From NCBI GenBank assembly GCA_964500725.1, contig CAZCNP010000003.1:1-57475 (forward strand): DNA of 57,475 bases. Reading direction: 5' to 3'. The translations under genes were made by a program, and so were the position numbers. Below are positions 38,897 through 47,731 of the stretch, piece by piece (within the stretch, counting starts at the first letter, position 1; each line of letters begins with the position of its first letter). Source of the stretch: an uncultured Gammaproteobacteria bacterium. Its GTDB lineage: Bacteria > Patescibacteriota > Microgenomatia > Daviesbacterales > UBA10151. The notes beneath the pieces were generated by a model. It ran no database searches. It was not told where the DNA came from and saw nothing but the letters and a program-made list of their open reading frames with translations.

Positions 38897-39924
38897 TTCG
38901 TCCTTAATCTATGCGTTTTTTGGTTTAAATAATAATTAAATTTTTTCCAATTTTTTGGATTATGCGATCCAATCAATTTAAAGTATTTTTTAATTTCCTC
39001 AAAACTATAAATATAAATCTGCGTTTCTTTCTTTGCAAAGGAAAATTTTAATCCTAGTGATTTTAACACTTTTGCTACAGATTGAACAATTGGAAGAGAT
39101 TTGTTTGTAAAACACATCCCAAAATTTTTATAAATCAAACCATTCGCTTTATGCTTATGAAAATAACAACCGCCATCCGTGTCCATCAGACCTCGCACAC
39201 AAGCTTTTTGAAATTCCGTTCTCTTCCATATCCATTGGGGAAAATCAATCTGGTGCCTAACTTTATTCCCTCTCACAAAACCCCATTTTTCTAGTTCTTC
39301 AACCAAATTAACCCCAGAAATTGTTAGATCAATTGCATTACAATTATTGCGCTCATGCGAACTTGGCCTGCAATCAAAAACCCTCTCAAACAAGGAAGAA
39401 ACAGCTAAGGAATATTCTTTATCCACTAGACTACTTAAACTAATTCTAAGTTGATTGTTAGAGATTGCTCCATCTCCTAAGATTATTCCAGCTACTTCTG
39501 CAAAATCCACTGAAGGGTTAACGACTTTAAATTTATTGCGAGTATTACACCCTAGTAGTCGATATTTTTCTGGATTTTCTTTTCTTCTGAGTTGAGAGTT
39601 CTTACCACCTTTACTCCTACCTTCAATAGTCCCAGGCGGGCCATAAAGTTCTAGTCTTTTTAGGGCTCCCCTCCTAGCTCCTTTTACTGTATACCAATAA
39701 TCATTTACTATTTGTATATTCGTGGGAGTTTCTAGATTGAAATGCTTGGCTAGAATTGATAAAGCTTTTTCAGAAATATGATACTTTCCTCTTAACCAAT
39801 CCCTCATCGTACGTCCAGATACCTGGCATAACGAGCCTAATTGATTACTGTTTAATTTTGATGATAATTTAACTTCTCTTAGGAAATGTGTTTGCTCTGA
39901 ACCCTGGAAGATAACTCTACCCAT
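38842..39924 (-). CDS. LAGLIDADG homing endonuclease-like protein with N-terminal HTH
   Basis: VAGIILGDG and VRGLMDTDG motifs; 3' end overlaps tRNA-Ser by 55 nt. Confidence 0.88.
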   Translation of the reverse strand: MGRVIFQGSEQTHFLREVKLSSKLNSNQLGSLCQVSGRTMRDWLRGKYHISEKALSILAKHFNLETPTNIQIVNDYWYTVKGARRGALKRLELYGPPGTIEGRSKGGKNSQLRRKENPEKYRLLGCNTRNKFKVVNPSVDFAEVAGIILGDGAISNNQLRISLSSLVDKEYSLAVSSLFERVFDCRPSSHERNNCNAIDLTISGVNLVEELEKWGFVRGNKVRHQIDFPQWIWKRTEFQKACVRGLMDTDGGCYFHKHKANGLIYKNFGMCFTNKSLPIVQSVAKVLKSLGLKFSFAKKETQIYIYSFEEIKKYFKLIGSHNPKNWKKFNYYLNQKTHRLRTKVGFGSGLTGDPGKIVWA

Positions 39925-40044
39925 AATTCTACATTAACCGAATAAAATGCGAAAGTCAAGATCTAATTAAGCAGATCTTTTTGAAAAACGTTCCAACGTG
40001 CCTTGACCCCGATCCCGATATAATCGGGACAGGTTAAATCAGGG

Positions 40045-40082
40045 TTGACAGGAAATAGGTATTACTATAAAATTGGTAATAC
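40045..40082 (+). promoter_or_regulatory. sigma70 promoter and operator of AbrB-VapC pair
   Basis: TTGACA-N17-TAAAAT; GTATTAC-N10-GTAATAC palindrome. Confidence 0.75.
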
Positions 40083-40083
40083 T

Positions 40084-40380
40084 ATGTTACAGATTCAACC
40101 TACTACTGTTACCCGAAAGGGGCAAGTAACTATCCCTGCGCCTGTCAGAAAAGCTTTGGGCCTTAGACCCGGCGATCAGATAGATTTTAGAATCACCGGC
40201 AAAACCAAAGCTGAAATAAAACCTAAAAAAAAGTTTTCCATTATGTCACTTTATGGCTCTTTAAAACCAAAAGTTAAACCTAAACTAACAGGCCAAGAGT
40301 TAATTAAATGGGAGGAACAAGCCTGGCCGAAAGCAGCAGCAGAACATGACAGAAAAATATTGAGATCAGCACAAAAATGA
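40084..40380 (+). CDS. AbrB/MazE-family antitoxin
   Basis: VTRKGQVTIPAPVRKALGLRPGD. Confidence 0.9.
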   Translation: MLQIQPTTVTRKGQVTIPAPVRKALGLRPGDQIDFRITGKTKAEIKPKKKFSIMSLYGSLKPKVKPKLTGQELIKWEEQAWPKAAAEHDRKILRSAQK

Positions 40381-40778
40381 TTTTAATAGATACAAATATT
40401 ATTTTACGTTTTATTTTAAATGATAGCCCTGCTTTATCCTCTAAAGCTCAAAGAATTTTTGAAAAGATAACAAATGGCAAAATCCAAGTTTTTATCAGTT
40501 TATTAACAATTTCTGAAATCATATTTACCTTGGAACGATCCTACAAAATTCCCAAAAATGATATTATCAAAAGTTTATCCAATATGTTTTTAATAACCAA
40601 TTTGAAAGTAGAAAAAAGGGTTCTAATAGAACAAGCACTAAGTATTTATGTAGAGAAAAATATTAGTTTTCCGGATGCCTATCATGTAGTATTTATGAAC
40701 TTTAAACAGATTAAACAAATTTATTCTTTTGATGAGGATTTTGATAAATTTCCTCAAATTAAAAGGCTTAGTGTATAA
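40377..40778 (+). CDS. VapC PIN-domain toxin
   Basis: LIDTNII, SEI, DAYH, SFDEDF. Confidence 0.9.
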   Translation: MILIDTNIILRFILNDSPALSSKAQRIFEKITNGKIQVFISLLTISEIIFTLERSYKIPKNDIIKSLSNMFLITNLKVEKRVLIEQALSIYVEKNISFPDAYHVVFMNFKQIKQIYSFDEDFDKFPQIKRLSV

Positions 40779-40786
40779 TAACCTTA

Positions 40787-41035
40787 ATGTTTAATAATTT
40801 TAAACTTCCAGATTTAGGGGCAGGAATTTTTGTGCTGATTTTATGGGAAGTTTTATGGAAAGGAATTGGACTGTGGAAGTCTGCCAAAAAAGGAGATCTG
40901 GTTTGGTTTATAGCTATCTTTTTAATTAACTTTTTTGGAATTATCCCTATTTTTTACCTTTGGAGAACTAAGCAACTGGAAACTGTAATAGAAGATGCCC
41001 AAAAGCTTGTTAAATCAAAGTTTAAGAAGCAATAA
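40787..41035 (+). CDS. DUF5652-like membrane protein
   Basis: WEVLWKGIGLWKSAK....WF.....N.FGI.P. Confidence 0.75.
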   Translation: MFNNFKLPDLGAGIFVLILWEVLWKGIGLWKSAKKGDLVWFIAIFLINFFGIIPIFYLWRTKQLETVIEDAQKLVKSKFKKQ

Positions 41036-41587
41036 ATACTCCTGATTTCCCCCACCCCCTAAAATTGGTGATTCAATACAATTTACAATGTACAATTTAC
41101 AATGTACAATTTTTTCAAGCACTTGATTTTTAACCTGCTCAGCTTTTTCAAGAGGTAGAACTCCTTTAACTAAATCTTTTTTGCTGGCTTCATAATGGGG
41201 CTTGAGCAATGCAATAATTAACCCTTCTGGCTTTAGGAATTTTTTAACAATAGGTAAAATAAGTTCTAATTTAGTCCAACCAGCATCAATGGTTATTAGA
41301 TCCACCTGGGAGGAGTCAAAGCCCACCTCCCAGGTGTTTTTAAACAAAATATTTGTTCTTTCCATTACTACTACTCGAGGATCATTCCGCAGTTTCCAAG
41401 CCAACTCCCCATAGGCTGTATCCAAGGCATATACCTTTTTTGCCCCATTTTGCAGCAGGGAGTCTACAAATCCACCAGTTGAGGAACCTACATCTAAAAC
41501 GACGTAATTTTTAATTTCTAATTTAAAATTTTTAATAGCGGCTTCAAGTTTTTCCCCACCCCTGGAAATAAATTTAACACTTGACAT
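41015..41587 (-). CDS. tlyA: TlyA-family RNA methyltransferase lacking S4 domain
   Basis: FISRGGEKL, LDVGSSTGGF, LLKPHYE, SPILGGGGNQEYL. Confidence 0.8.
   Translation of the reverse strand: MSSVKFISRGGEKLEAAIKNFKLEIKNYVVLDVGSSTGGFVDSLLQNGAKKVYALDTAYGELAWKLRNDPRVVVMERTNILFKNTWEVGFDSSQVDLITIDAGWTKLELILPIVKKFLKPEGLIIALLKPHYEASKKDLVKGVLPLEKAEQVKNQVLEKIVHCKLYIVNCIESPILGGGGNQEYLLLLKL
41077..41111 (+). repeat. heptamer tandem repeat TACAAT(T/G) x5 inside tlyA
   Basis: Encodes IVHCKLYIVNC on minus strand. Confidence 0.8.
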
Positions 41588-41984
41588 ACATTTCTACAGC
41601 TTTTTTTAAAAGCTCCTTATCGCGTGAATAAGACAATTGCTTTAAAGCATCTTCTGGGGCAAACCATCCAATATCACTAACTTCCCAGTCATGATCTGCT
41701 ATGTTGCCAGAAAGATATTTCATTAAAAAATAAGTTACTATCTTAAAGATTTTTTCCCCATTTAAAGAATATATATACTTTGAATAACCAACTTTATCTA
41801 TAATTTCAGCCTCTATTCCTCCCTCTTCTTTTACTTCCCTTAAAGCTGACTGCTCTGTTGTTTGCTCAGGATGATCCAGCAAACCTTTGGGAAAAGACCA
41901 GTGTTTATTTTGAGAGTGTTGGGTAACTAACACTTGGCCTTTGTCGTTAAAAACTATCCCACCTGCGCTAAATTCTCTTTTCAT
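41574..41984 (-). CDS. NUDIX hydrolase
   Basis: FPKG...EQSALREVKEEGG Nudix box. Confidence 0.93.
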   Translation of the reverse strand: MKREFSAGGIVFNDKGQVLVTQHSQNKHWSFPKGLLDHPEQTTEQSALREVKEEGGIEAEIIDKVGYSKYIYSLNGEKIFKIVTYFLMKYLSGNIADHDWEVSDIGWFAPEDALKQLSYSRDKELLKKAVEMYVKC

Positions 41985-42233
41985 CTGTAAATATCTTTCC
42001 TATGATCTACATCTAGAATCATAATTATATTTTCTACCTCAAGATCAAAAACTACCCTATACACTCCTATCCTAAATCTATATTTGCCTATTTTTGAATT
42101 AGTCAAAACCTCTGCAAAGATAAGCGGATTGGGTAAGATAAAATTCAAGCTTTGCTACTATTCTTTTTTGAACATCAGGTGTAAGTTTCAGGAAACGTTT
42201 TTGCGTAGAGGCTTTAAATTTTACTTGAAACAT
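41981..42233 (-). pseudogene. RelE/ParE toxin, frameshifted
   Basis: MFQVKF...KRIVAKLE then frameshift to FAEVLTNSKIGKYRFRIGVYRVVF...DHRKDIYR; 253 nt. Confidence 0.8.
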
Positions 42234-42511
42234 TAAAGGCCAATTTGTTTTTTAACTTCTTCAAGAGTATAAGTTTTTTTATCAGCTCTGGATTTAGCAA
42301 TTCTTTTCAGGTAATTTTCAGAAGAGAGTGCTTCTAAATCTTCCAAGAAGGATTCCCAAACCTCATTAGGGACTAGCACTCCTAAGGGTTCATTGTTTCT
42401 CATTACCCTAACAAATTTACCATCTCTAGCAGCTTTTTTAAACACCTTTGTCAAACCTGCCTGAGCTTTCTGGATACTTGTAAAATCTTCATCTGCAATA
42501 AACTGCCTCAT
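42233..42511 (-). CDS. Phd/YefM-like antitoxin
   Basis: VMRNNEPLGVLV..E.W....EDLE; TAATG coupling to RelE. Confidence 0.8.
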   Translation of the reverse strand: MRQFIADEDFTSIQKAQAGLTKVFKKAARDGKFVRVMRNNEPLGVLVPNEVWESFLEDLEALSSENYLKRIAKSRADKKTYTLEEVKKQIGL

Positions 42512-42626
42512 AATATAATAATTATTACAGAATTATGACAGCTTGTCAAGTATAAATCTGTGCCCTTGGCGAGTACTTAACAAGTAAGCATAGTATCCTT
42601 TTGGATACTATGAGCAAACCTGCTAG

Positions 42627-42714
42627 CGGAGGCGGTAGGATTCGAACCTACGCGAGCCTTTCGGCCCCCAGGGTTTTCGAAACCCGGCTAATAAACCACT
42701 CTAAGCACGCCTCC
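42627..42714 (-). tRNA. tRNA-Ser(CGA)
   Basis: GGAGGCG acceptor, TTCGAAA loop, long variable arm. Confidence 0.93.
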
Positions 42715-42720
42715 TCTAAG

Positions 42721-42792
42721 CGCCCCTGGCGGGAATCGAACCCACAATACGAGATCCGCAATCTCGAGGTTTATCCGTTAGCCTACAGGGAC
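42721..42792 (-). tRNA. tRNA-Arg(GCG)
   Basis: CGAGA-TTGCGGA-TCTCG anticodon arm; GGTTCGATTCC. Confidence 0.92.
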
Positions 42793-42847
42793 AATATGGG
42801 TATTTTAACAGAAATTTAGTCTGAAAGCTGAGGGCTATGACTGAAGA

Positions 42848-43438
42848 CTATCTATGGACGTTTTCAAGAGGAAAATGTTTTTGCAGAGATTCTGACCATT
42901 TTTCCATCCATGATTTATATGGAACTTCTACAAAGGGTAAAAATCTGGCTATAATTTTTGTGGTTTTTTCTTCACCTTGGTCTCCTAGAACCAACATTAG
43001 CTGAGCTGGAAAACGCAGTCTTGTTTGAATATGTAATACTTTTGATCCTTCTTTTTCTTTAAACCAAAAAGCATCCAGAAAATGCCAAAAGTAAAAATCC
43101 TCACCAATGGTAATCCCTTGGGTTGAAACTCTATATTTAATATTATGAGGAGGCACAAAGGCCAACACATAAGTCACAAAACCCAAAGATAAAAGTGTGC
43201 CAATCAGCAAAAAGTCTTTTAACCAGAAAAATACAATTAAAACTACCAATATAAGCAAAGTAGCAATTGTTGTGTAGTATGAACGGTCCTTTTTCCTAAA
43301 TGGGCGGGCTGGAGCCTCCCAGGAAAGCAGAGTTTTAATCTCTTCAGCTTCCATCATTTTAGGAGTAAAAAATTCAGGCGCTTCAGGCTTTTCCTGCTTA
43401 TTTTTGGGGGATAATTTTTGCTTTTCCTCTTTGAACAT
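42848..43438 (-). CDS. conserved membrane protein (two TMs plus PH-like domain)
   Basis: LLSWEAPARPF..., two TMs, FW...FW. Confidence 0.7.
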   Translation of the reverse strand: MFKEEKQKLSPKNKQEKPEAPEFFTPKMMEAEEIKTLLSWEAPARPFRKKDRSYYTTIATLLILVVLIVFFWLKDFLLIGTLLSLGFVTYVLAFVPPHNIKYRVSTQGITIGEDFYFWHFLDAFWFKEKEGSKVLHIQTRLRFPAQLMLVLGDQGEEKTTKIIARFLPFVEVPYKSWMEKWSESLQKHFPLENVHR

Positions 43439-43504
43439 TTACTTTTAGTTTAACACTAATTATAAACTTCCGCGGACTGAAAATCCACGGTCTTCTGCTA
43501 GTGA

Positions 43505-43846
43505 TTATAAATATTTCACAAACTGATTATTTTTATTTACTAATATAGCAACTGATTTTACAGGTTTGTCAGTTAACTCAAACCCCATGATAATGATTTC
43601 CTCACCTTTTTTAATTAAATGCGCTGCTGCCCCATTCATGCAAATAATGCCTGATCCGGCCTTGCCGACGATGATGTATGTTTCCAGACGCGCACCAGAA
43701 GTATTACTGACTACCAGCACTTTTTCGCCAGCCCAAAACCCCGCCTTTTCTACCAACTTCTCATCAATAGTAATGCTGCCGATATAACTTAAATCAGCTT
43801 CTGTAACTGTGGCTTTATGAATCTTAGAACGCAAAACAAATCTCAT
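43505..43846 (-). CDS. panD: aspartate 1-decarboxylase
   Basis: [15 protein letters not shown] cleavage site, RLETY, CMNGAAA. Confidence 0.95.
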   Translation of the reverse strand: MRFVLRSKIHKATVTEADLSYIGSITIDEKLVEKAGFWAGEKVLVVSNTSGARLETYIIVGKAGSGIICMNGAAAHLIKKGEEIIIMGFELTDKPVKSVAILVNKNNQFVKYL

Positions 43847-43939
43847 ATTTTCATACCCATTTATACTACTATACTACGAATTATACTCTGTTCCAAAAAT
43901 GTTGTCTAAGCTTTGGTGATATGGTAATGTTGAATTATG

Positions 43940-44388
43940 GTTAGTAGGTTTATCCGGAAGAACTATTAGAGATTGGCGGAGGGAAAAATTTAAACCTACT
44001 AAGGAACATATTTTTAAGATGGGTCATTTAGCAAAAATAGTATTGCCCAAATATACAACCCCTATTACTGAACCTGTAGAATCAGTTGAATAGAAAGCAT
44101 AAAGTTTGCCGAGTTAGTGTTTCAAGTGTAAATTTGGTAAAATATCTTACCTCTAAAGGATTATCGTTAGGTAACAAAGTATGTTTACAAGTTGGTGTTC
44201 CTAATTGGATCTTATCTAAAGAGGATTATATAAAAGCTTGTATTAGGGGTTTAATAGATACTGATGGTTCTTTTGTATTACATAGGTATACAATTAAAGG
44301 GAAGATATATACATACCCAAAAATCTCTTTTAGTAATAGATCTGAACCATTACTAGAATTTGTTTATCAGGGGTTAAGAAGTATTTAG
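43940..44388 (+). pseudogene. degraded LAGLIDADG endonuclease gene
   Basis: Fragments GLSGRTIRDWRREK and IRGLIDTDGS...FSNRSEPLL, paralogous to 38842-39924; interrupted by stops; left boundary approximate. Confidence 0.78.
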
Positions 44389-44433
44389 AAATAGTTGGAG
44401 TAAGTAACTACAAACCTAATATAATAAAAATGG

Positions 44434-44519
44434 GGTGGGTTGCCCGAGAGGCTTAAGGGGGCAGTTCGCTAAACTGCTGGCGCGTAAGCGTCACACAGGT
44501 TCGAATCCTGTACCCACCG
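44434..44519 (+). tRNA. tRNA-Ser(GCT)
   Basis: GCAGT-TCGCTAA-ACTGC; long variable arm. Confidence 0.93.
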
Positions 44520-44524
44520 CTTAG

Positions 44525-44611
44525 GGAGAGGTCGCATAGAGGCCGAGTGCGGAAGTTTTGAAAACTTCTGCTGGCGCAAGTCAGCCGTGGGTTCGAATCC
44601 CACCCTCTCCG
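44525..44611 (+). tRNA. tRNA-Ser(TGA)
   Basis: GAAGT-TTTGAAA-ACTTC; long variable arm. Confidence 0.93.
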
Positions 44612-44619
44612 CAGCGTGA

Positions 44620-44799
44620 GATTTTGGGAGAAAATTGGAGGATATATTACAGGCAAACTTAGATCTTGCTACCTGGCTGGTTAAATACAATTCCTACAGA
44701 CCCCATGAATCCCTTGATTATGATACTCCACTGGAGTATGCTCAAAAAAACTTCTTTAACAAAGTGTTACCTATATGGTCTGCCTACACACCTGGTTGA
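44620..44799 (+). mobile_element. IS481/IS3-type transposase C-terminal remnant
   Basis: WLVKYNSYRPHESLDYDTPLEY...KVLPIWS. Confidence 0.72.
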
Positions 44800-44837
44800 C
44801 ATATAGGTACAAATAAGGTATATTTAGGTCATAAACG

Positions 44838-44877
44838 CCTCAGCTAGTGCGAAAGCCCGCTGAGGTTTTTTCTTGGC
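44838..44877 (+). promoter_or_regulatory. GC-rich hairpin with U-tract upstream of NYN gene
   Basis: CCTCAGC...GCTGAGG followed by TTTTTT. Confidence 0.5.
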
Positions 44878-44898
44878 TTTTTATGATAAAATTGCTTT

Positions 44899-45480
44899 AT
44901 GCCTAAGTCTATTCTTTTTATTGATGGTGAGAATTTCCTGCATAAAGTTGAAGAAGTTTTAAAAGAAGAAGGGATTGATAAATATAGTGTCGACTTAAGC
45001 GCCATTGATTTAAACAAGCTGCTTAAAGAGCCGCTCAAAAGCTTTGATATTTCCAGAAAGATATTTTATGTTTCCAGGTTGCATGTTCATCCAGAAACTA
45101 AAGAGAAATCCCTGGAGCTTATTAAATTTCAGAGAAAGTTGAGAAATAATTTGGTTAAACAAGGTTATGAATTTGTTATTGCTGGTAATGTTAGGGCTCA
45201 AAAAGTGGGAGAGAAAATTGTTTTTAGAGAGAAAGGTGTGGATGTAAAAATAGGTGTTGATTTGGTGGCTTTTGCCTGTGATAAAAAGATGGATTCAGCT
45301 GCCCTATGTAGTTCAGATTCCGATTTGCAACCTGCTGTAGCAGAGTTGAAGGCAAGAAAAGTAGAAATAGTCTATGTTGGCTTTGAAACTAATCCAAATA
45401 AGGGATTATCTTACACAACTAATAGGACAATTCTCTTAAGAAACCCTGAAGTTATTGAAGCTTGCCCAAAAGGAAAATAA
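44899..45480 (+). CDS. NYN-domain (LabA/DUF88) PIN-like nuclease
   Basis: FIDGENF, EKGVDV, SSDSDL. Confidence 0.92.
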   Translation: MPKSILFIDGENFLHKVEEVLKEEGIDKYSVDLSAIDLNKLLKEPLKSFDISRKIFYVSRLHVHPETKEKSLELIKFQRKLRNNLVKQGYEFVIAGNVRAQKVGEKIVFREKGVDVKIGVDLVAFACDKKMDSAALCSSDSDLQPAVAELKARKVEIVYVGFETNPNKGLSYTTNRTILLRNPEVIEACPKGK

Positions 45481-45989
45481 TAGCAGTGACAAAGAAAGAT
45501 AAAGTAAAAAAACTGCTTATAGACGCTGAAAAGTGTCTAATCCTAGGAGAAAATTCTGATGCCGAGACAATCTCTAGGCAAATTATAGAGCTTGCGCCTA
45601 ATAATTCAGCAGCTTATTATTTTTTAGGTGAGGCTTTGTGTAAGCAAGAAAAGTTTCAGGAATCAATGGATATACTGAGAAAAGCTGATAAACTTCTCCC
45701 AAACCATCCTAGGATTACTCACCTTCTTGGTTGGGCAATATTTATGAATGGTGATGTAGAGTTGGGTAGAACACTTATTAAACGAGCTTTAACGAAGTTA
45801 CCAGAAGATATTCAGATTTTATGCGATTTAGCAGTTTTGGAAACTCGACAAGGTAATGGTGATTTAGCAAAAGAATATGCCCTAAAAGCCTTTGAAATTG
45901 ATGCTACTCATCCTTTAGTACAAGAAGTGTTTAAAACGGTTGTGCATTTTGATAAAGAGAGATCCAGGCTCACTAAATGGATAAATTAA
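45462..45989 (+). CDS. tetratricopeptide repeat protein
   Basis: Four TPR-like units (AYYFLGEAL, ITHLLGWA). Confidence 0.82.
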   Translation: MPKRKIIAVTKKDKVKKLLIDAEKCLILGENSDAETISRQIIELAPNNSAAYYFLGEALCKQEKFQESMDILRKADKLLPNHPRITHLLGWAIFMNGDVELGRTLIKRALTKLPEDIQILCDLAVLETRQGNGDLAKEYALKAFEIDATHPLVQEVFKTVVHFDKERSRLTKWIN

Positions 45990-46091
45990 GCTGAAAGTGT
46001 TAGAATCTCTTGTGTTTGTTGTAGGATTAGTTCGGGATACTCTATAATATCTATCCAGTTGGTAGATCGAAAGTTATCCCATGCTGCCCGC

Positions 46092-46790
46092 TTATCTTGC
46101 TATAGTAATTGCCCAGACTTTTTTGGCACCAGCTTTTTTTAATACACCACAACACTCTTTTAGGGTTGAACCAGTAGTCCAGACATCATCGATAAGGAGT
46201 ACTGAGTTCATAGTTCGTGGTTGGTAGTTAGAGGAAATTGTGAAAGCGTTACGGATATTTTGATGACGGTCGCTACTTCTTAGCTTAACTTGGGGCTTCG
46301 TAGGACGGATACGTTTTAAGCCATCACAATAAGCTAAACCTAGCTTTTTGGACAGTATTTGTCCTAATAAAGCCGATTGATTAAAACCCCTATTATTCTC
46401 CCTCCACCAGTGTAAAGACACAGGAATAACTACCCACCCTCCCCCTTTATCTTTTTTAATTTGATCAAAAACAAATGGCTGGTATTTTGCCCAATATTCT
46501 AAACAAATAACCATCAAAGCTTCAGCCAATCCTTCGACTCTGCCATATTTAAGCTTTTTAATGGCTTTTTGGAGCAATCCTTGGTAAATACCCAAGCTCC
46601 AGAGTCCATCTAAACCATATCTTTTTCTGCAAATTGGATGAGTTTGCCCACCCATAGCCAAGCGTTCGCATTCTGGACAATCTAAATCAGTCTGCAGAAT
46701 ATTACTAACACAATCCTGACAAAAGTGGGTATCAAACCTACCACAGCCTATACACTTTTTAGGAAAAAAGAGGTCTAGGATTAAATTCAT
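46092..46790 (-). CDS. comF: ComF family amidophosphoribosyltransferase-like protein
   Basis: C..C zinc ribbons, RGFNQS, LIDDVWTTGST. Confidence 0.93.
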   Translation of the reverse strand: MNLILDLFFPKKCIGCGRFDTHFCQDCVSNILQTDLDCPECERLAMGGQTHPICRKRYGLDGLWSLGIYQGLLQKAIKKLKYGRVEGLAEALMVICLEYWAKYQPFVFDQIKKDKGGGWVVIPVSLHWWRENNRGFNQSALLGQILSKKLGLAYCDGLKRIRPTKPQVKLRSSDRHQNIRNAFTISSNYQPRTMNSVLLIDDVWTTGSTLKECCGVLKKAGAKKVWAITIAR

Positions 46791-46831
46791 TAACTTGATT
46801 TTAAACCTAAATTATGGTAATATACAAATCT

Positions 46832-47252
46832 GGGGATGTATTGTCTCGACAGGATTGCTCTTTAAAAACTGCAAGCTGATAAGGAAACATTAATCATTAA
46901 ATATTGTTTCAAAACACAAACGGCAAAGATATTGCCCGTTACCTGAAGCAGGCAGCTGCTAAGATCGCAGGAGCTAATCCATTCGTGGGTCCGCAACTCG
47001 CTTTCCAACCAGCTTACAGCTAAAGGTTGCTTTAGAAAATGTTCTCCTTCTGACGGAACACTAAAGTACGTACAAAGTCAGGATGCTGCTGGTAAGGTGT
47101 TGGTTGATCCTTGCTAGTAAAAGACAATTCAATCATTCATTAGTTTTCCTGCTAATTGGTTACAACTATTGAATAAAAATTAATTAGCTAAGCTTGTAGA
47201 GGTTTAAAAAGTTACAATTTTGGACTCGGCTTCACCGCCGACATCTCCACCA
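46832..47252 (+). ncRNA. ssrA: tmRNA
   Basis: GGGGATG/CATCTCC-ACCA acceptor with G3-U; TCGAC; internal tag ORF 46922-47023; convergent smpB; TTGATT-N17-TAATAT promoter. Confidence 0.9.
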
Positions 47253-47256
47253 AGTA

Positions 47257-47281
47257 ATCCCGACACTGGTCGGGATTTTTT
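47257..47281 (+). terminator. rho-independent terminator
   Basis: ATCCCGAC-ACTG-GTCGGGAT plus T-run. Confidence 0.8.
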
Positions 47282-47286
47282 GTGCT

Positions 47287-47727
47287 TCATTCCTTACCTC
47301 GAAGCTCTTGCTCTATTCTTCTTTGGTGGTCTTTTTCTTTGATGATCTTTCTTTTGTCAAATTCTTTTTTACTCTTTGCCAACCCCACCTCTACTTTAAA
47401 TCTATTATTTTTCTCATATATAGAAACTGGAACTAAAGTTACCCCCTTACCTGAGGTTTTACCTATCAAAGAGTTAATTTGGTCTTTATGAAGTAGTAAT
47501 TTCCTGCTTTTTTGAGCATCATATTCATTATCTGCAGCTTGATTATATCGGGGGATATTAGCACCTACTAAAAAGGCTTCTCCAGATAAAATTTTTACAT
47601 AAGCTTCACCTAAATCTATTCTGCCAGTCCTGATAGATTTAACTTCTGCTCCAGACAAAACTACCCCTGCTTCTAAGTGTTCCAGGATATGGTAATTATG
47701 AAGAGCTTTTTTATTAATAATCCGCAT
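47287..47727 (-). CDS. smpB: SsrA-binding protein
   Basis: EAGVVLSGAEVKS, RKLLLHK, KKEFDKR. Confidence 0.97.
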   Translation of the reverse strand: MRIINKKALHNYHILEHLEAGVVLSGAEVKSIRTGRIDLGEAYVKILSGEAFLVGANIPRYNQAADNEYDAQKSRKLLLHKDQINSLIGKTSGKGVTLVPVSIYEKNNRFKVEVGLAKSKKEFDKRKIIKEKDHQRRIEQELRGKE

Positions 47728-47731
47728 GGGA

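Noticed and set aside
42601-42819. ORFs overlapping tRNAs (also 44453-44690)
   Set aside because: Antisense translations of well-formed tRNA genes.
43469-43489. CCGCGGA...TCCACGG hairpin (similar at about 49624-49675) as an IS200/IS605 end
   Set aside because: No tnpA or tnpB nearby and too short to assign.
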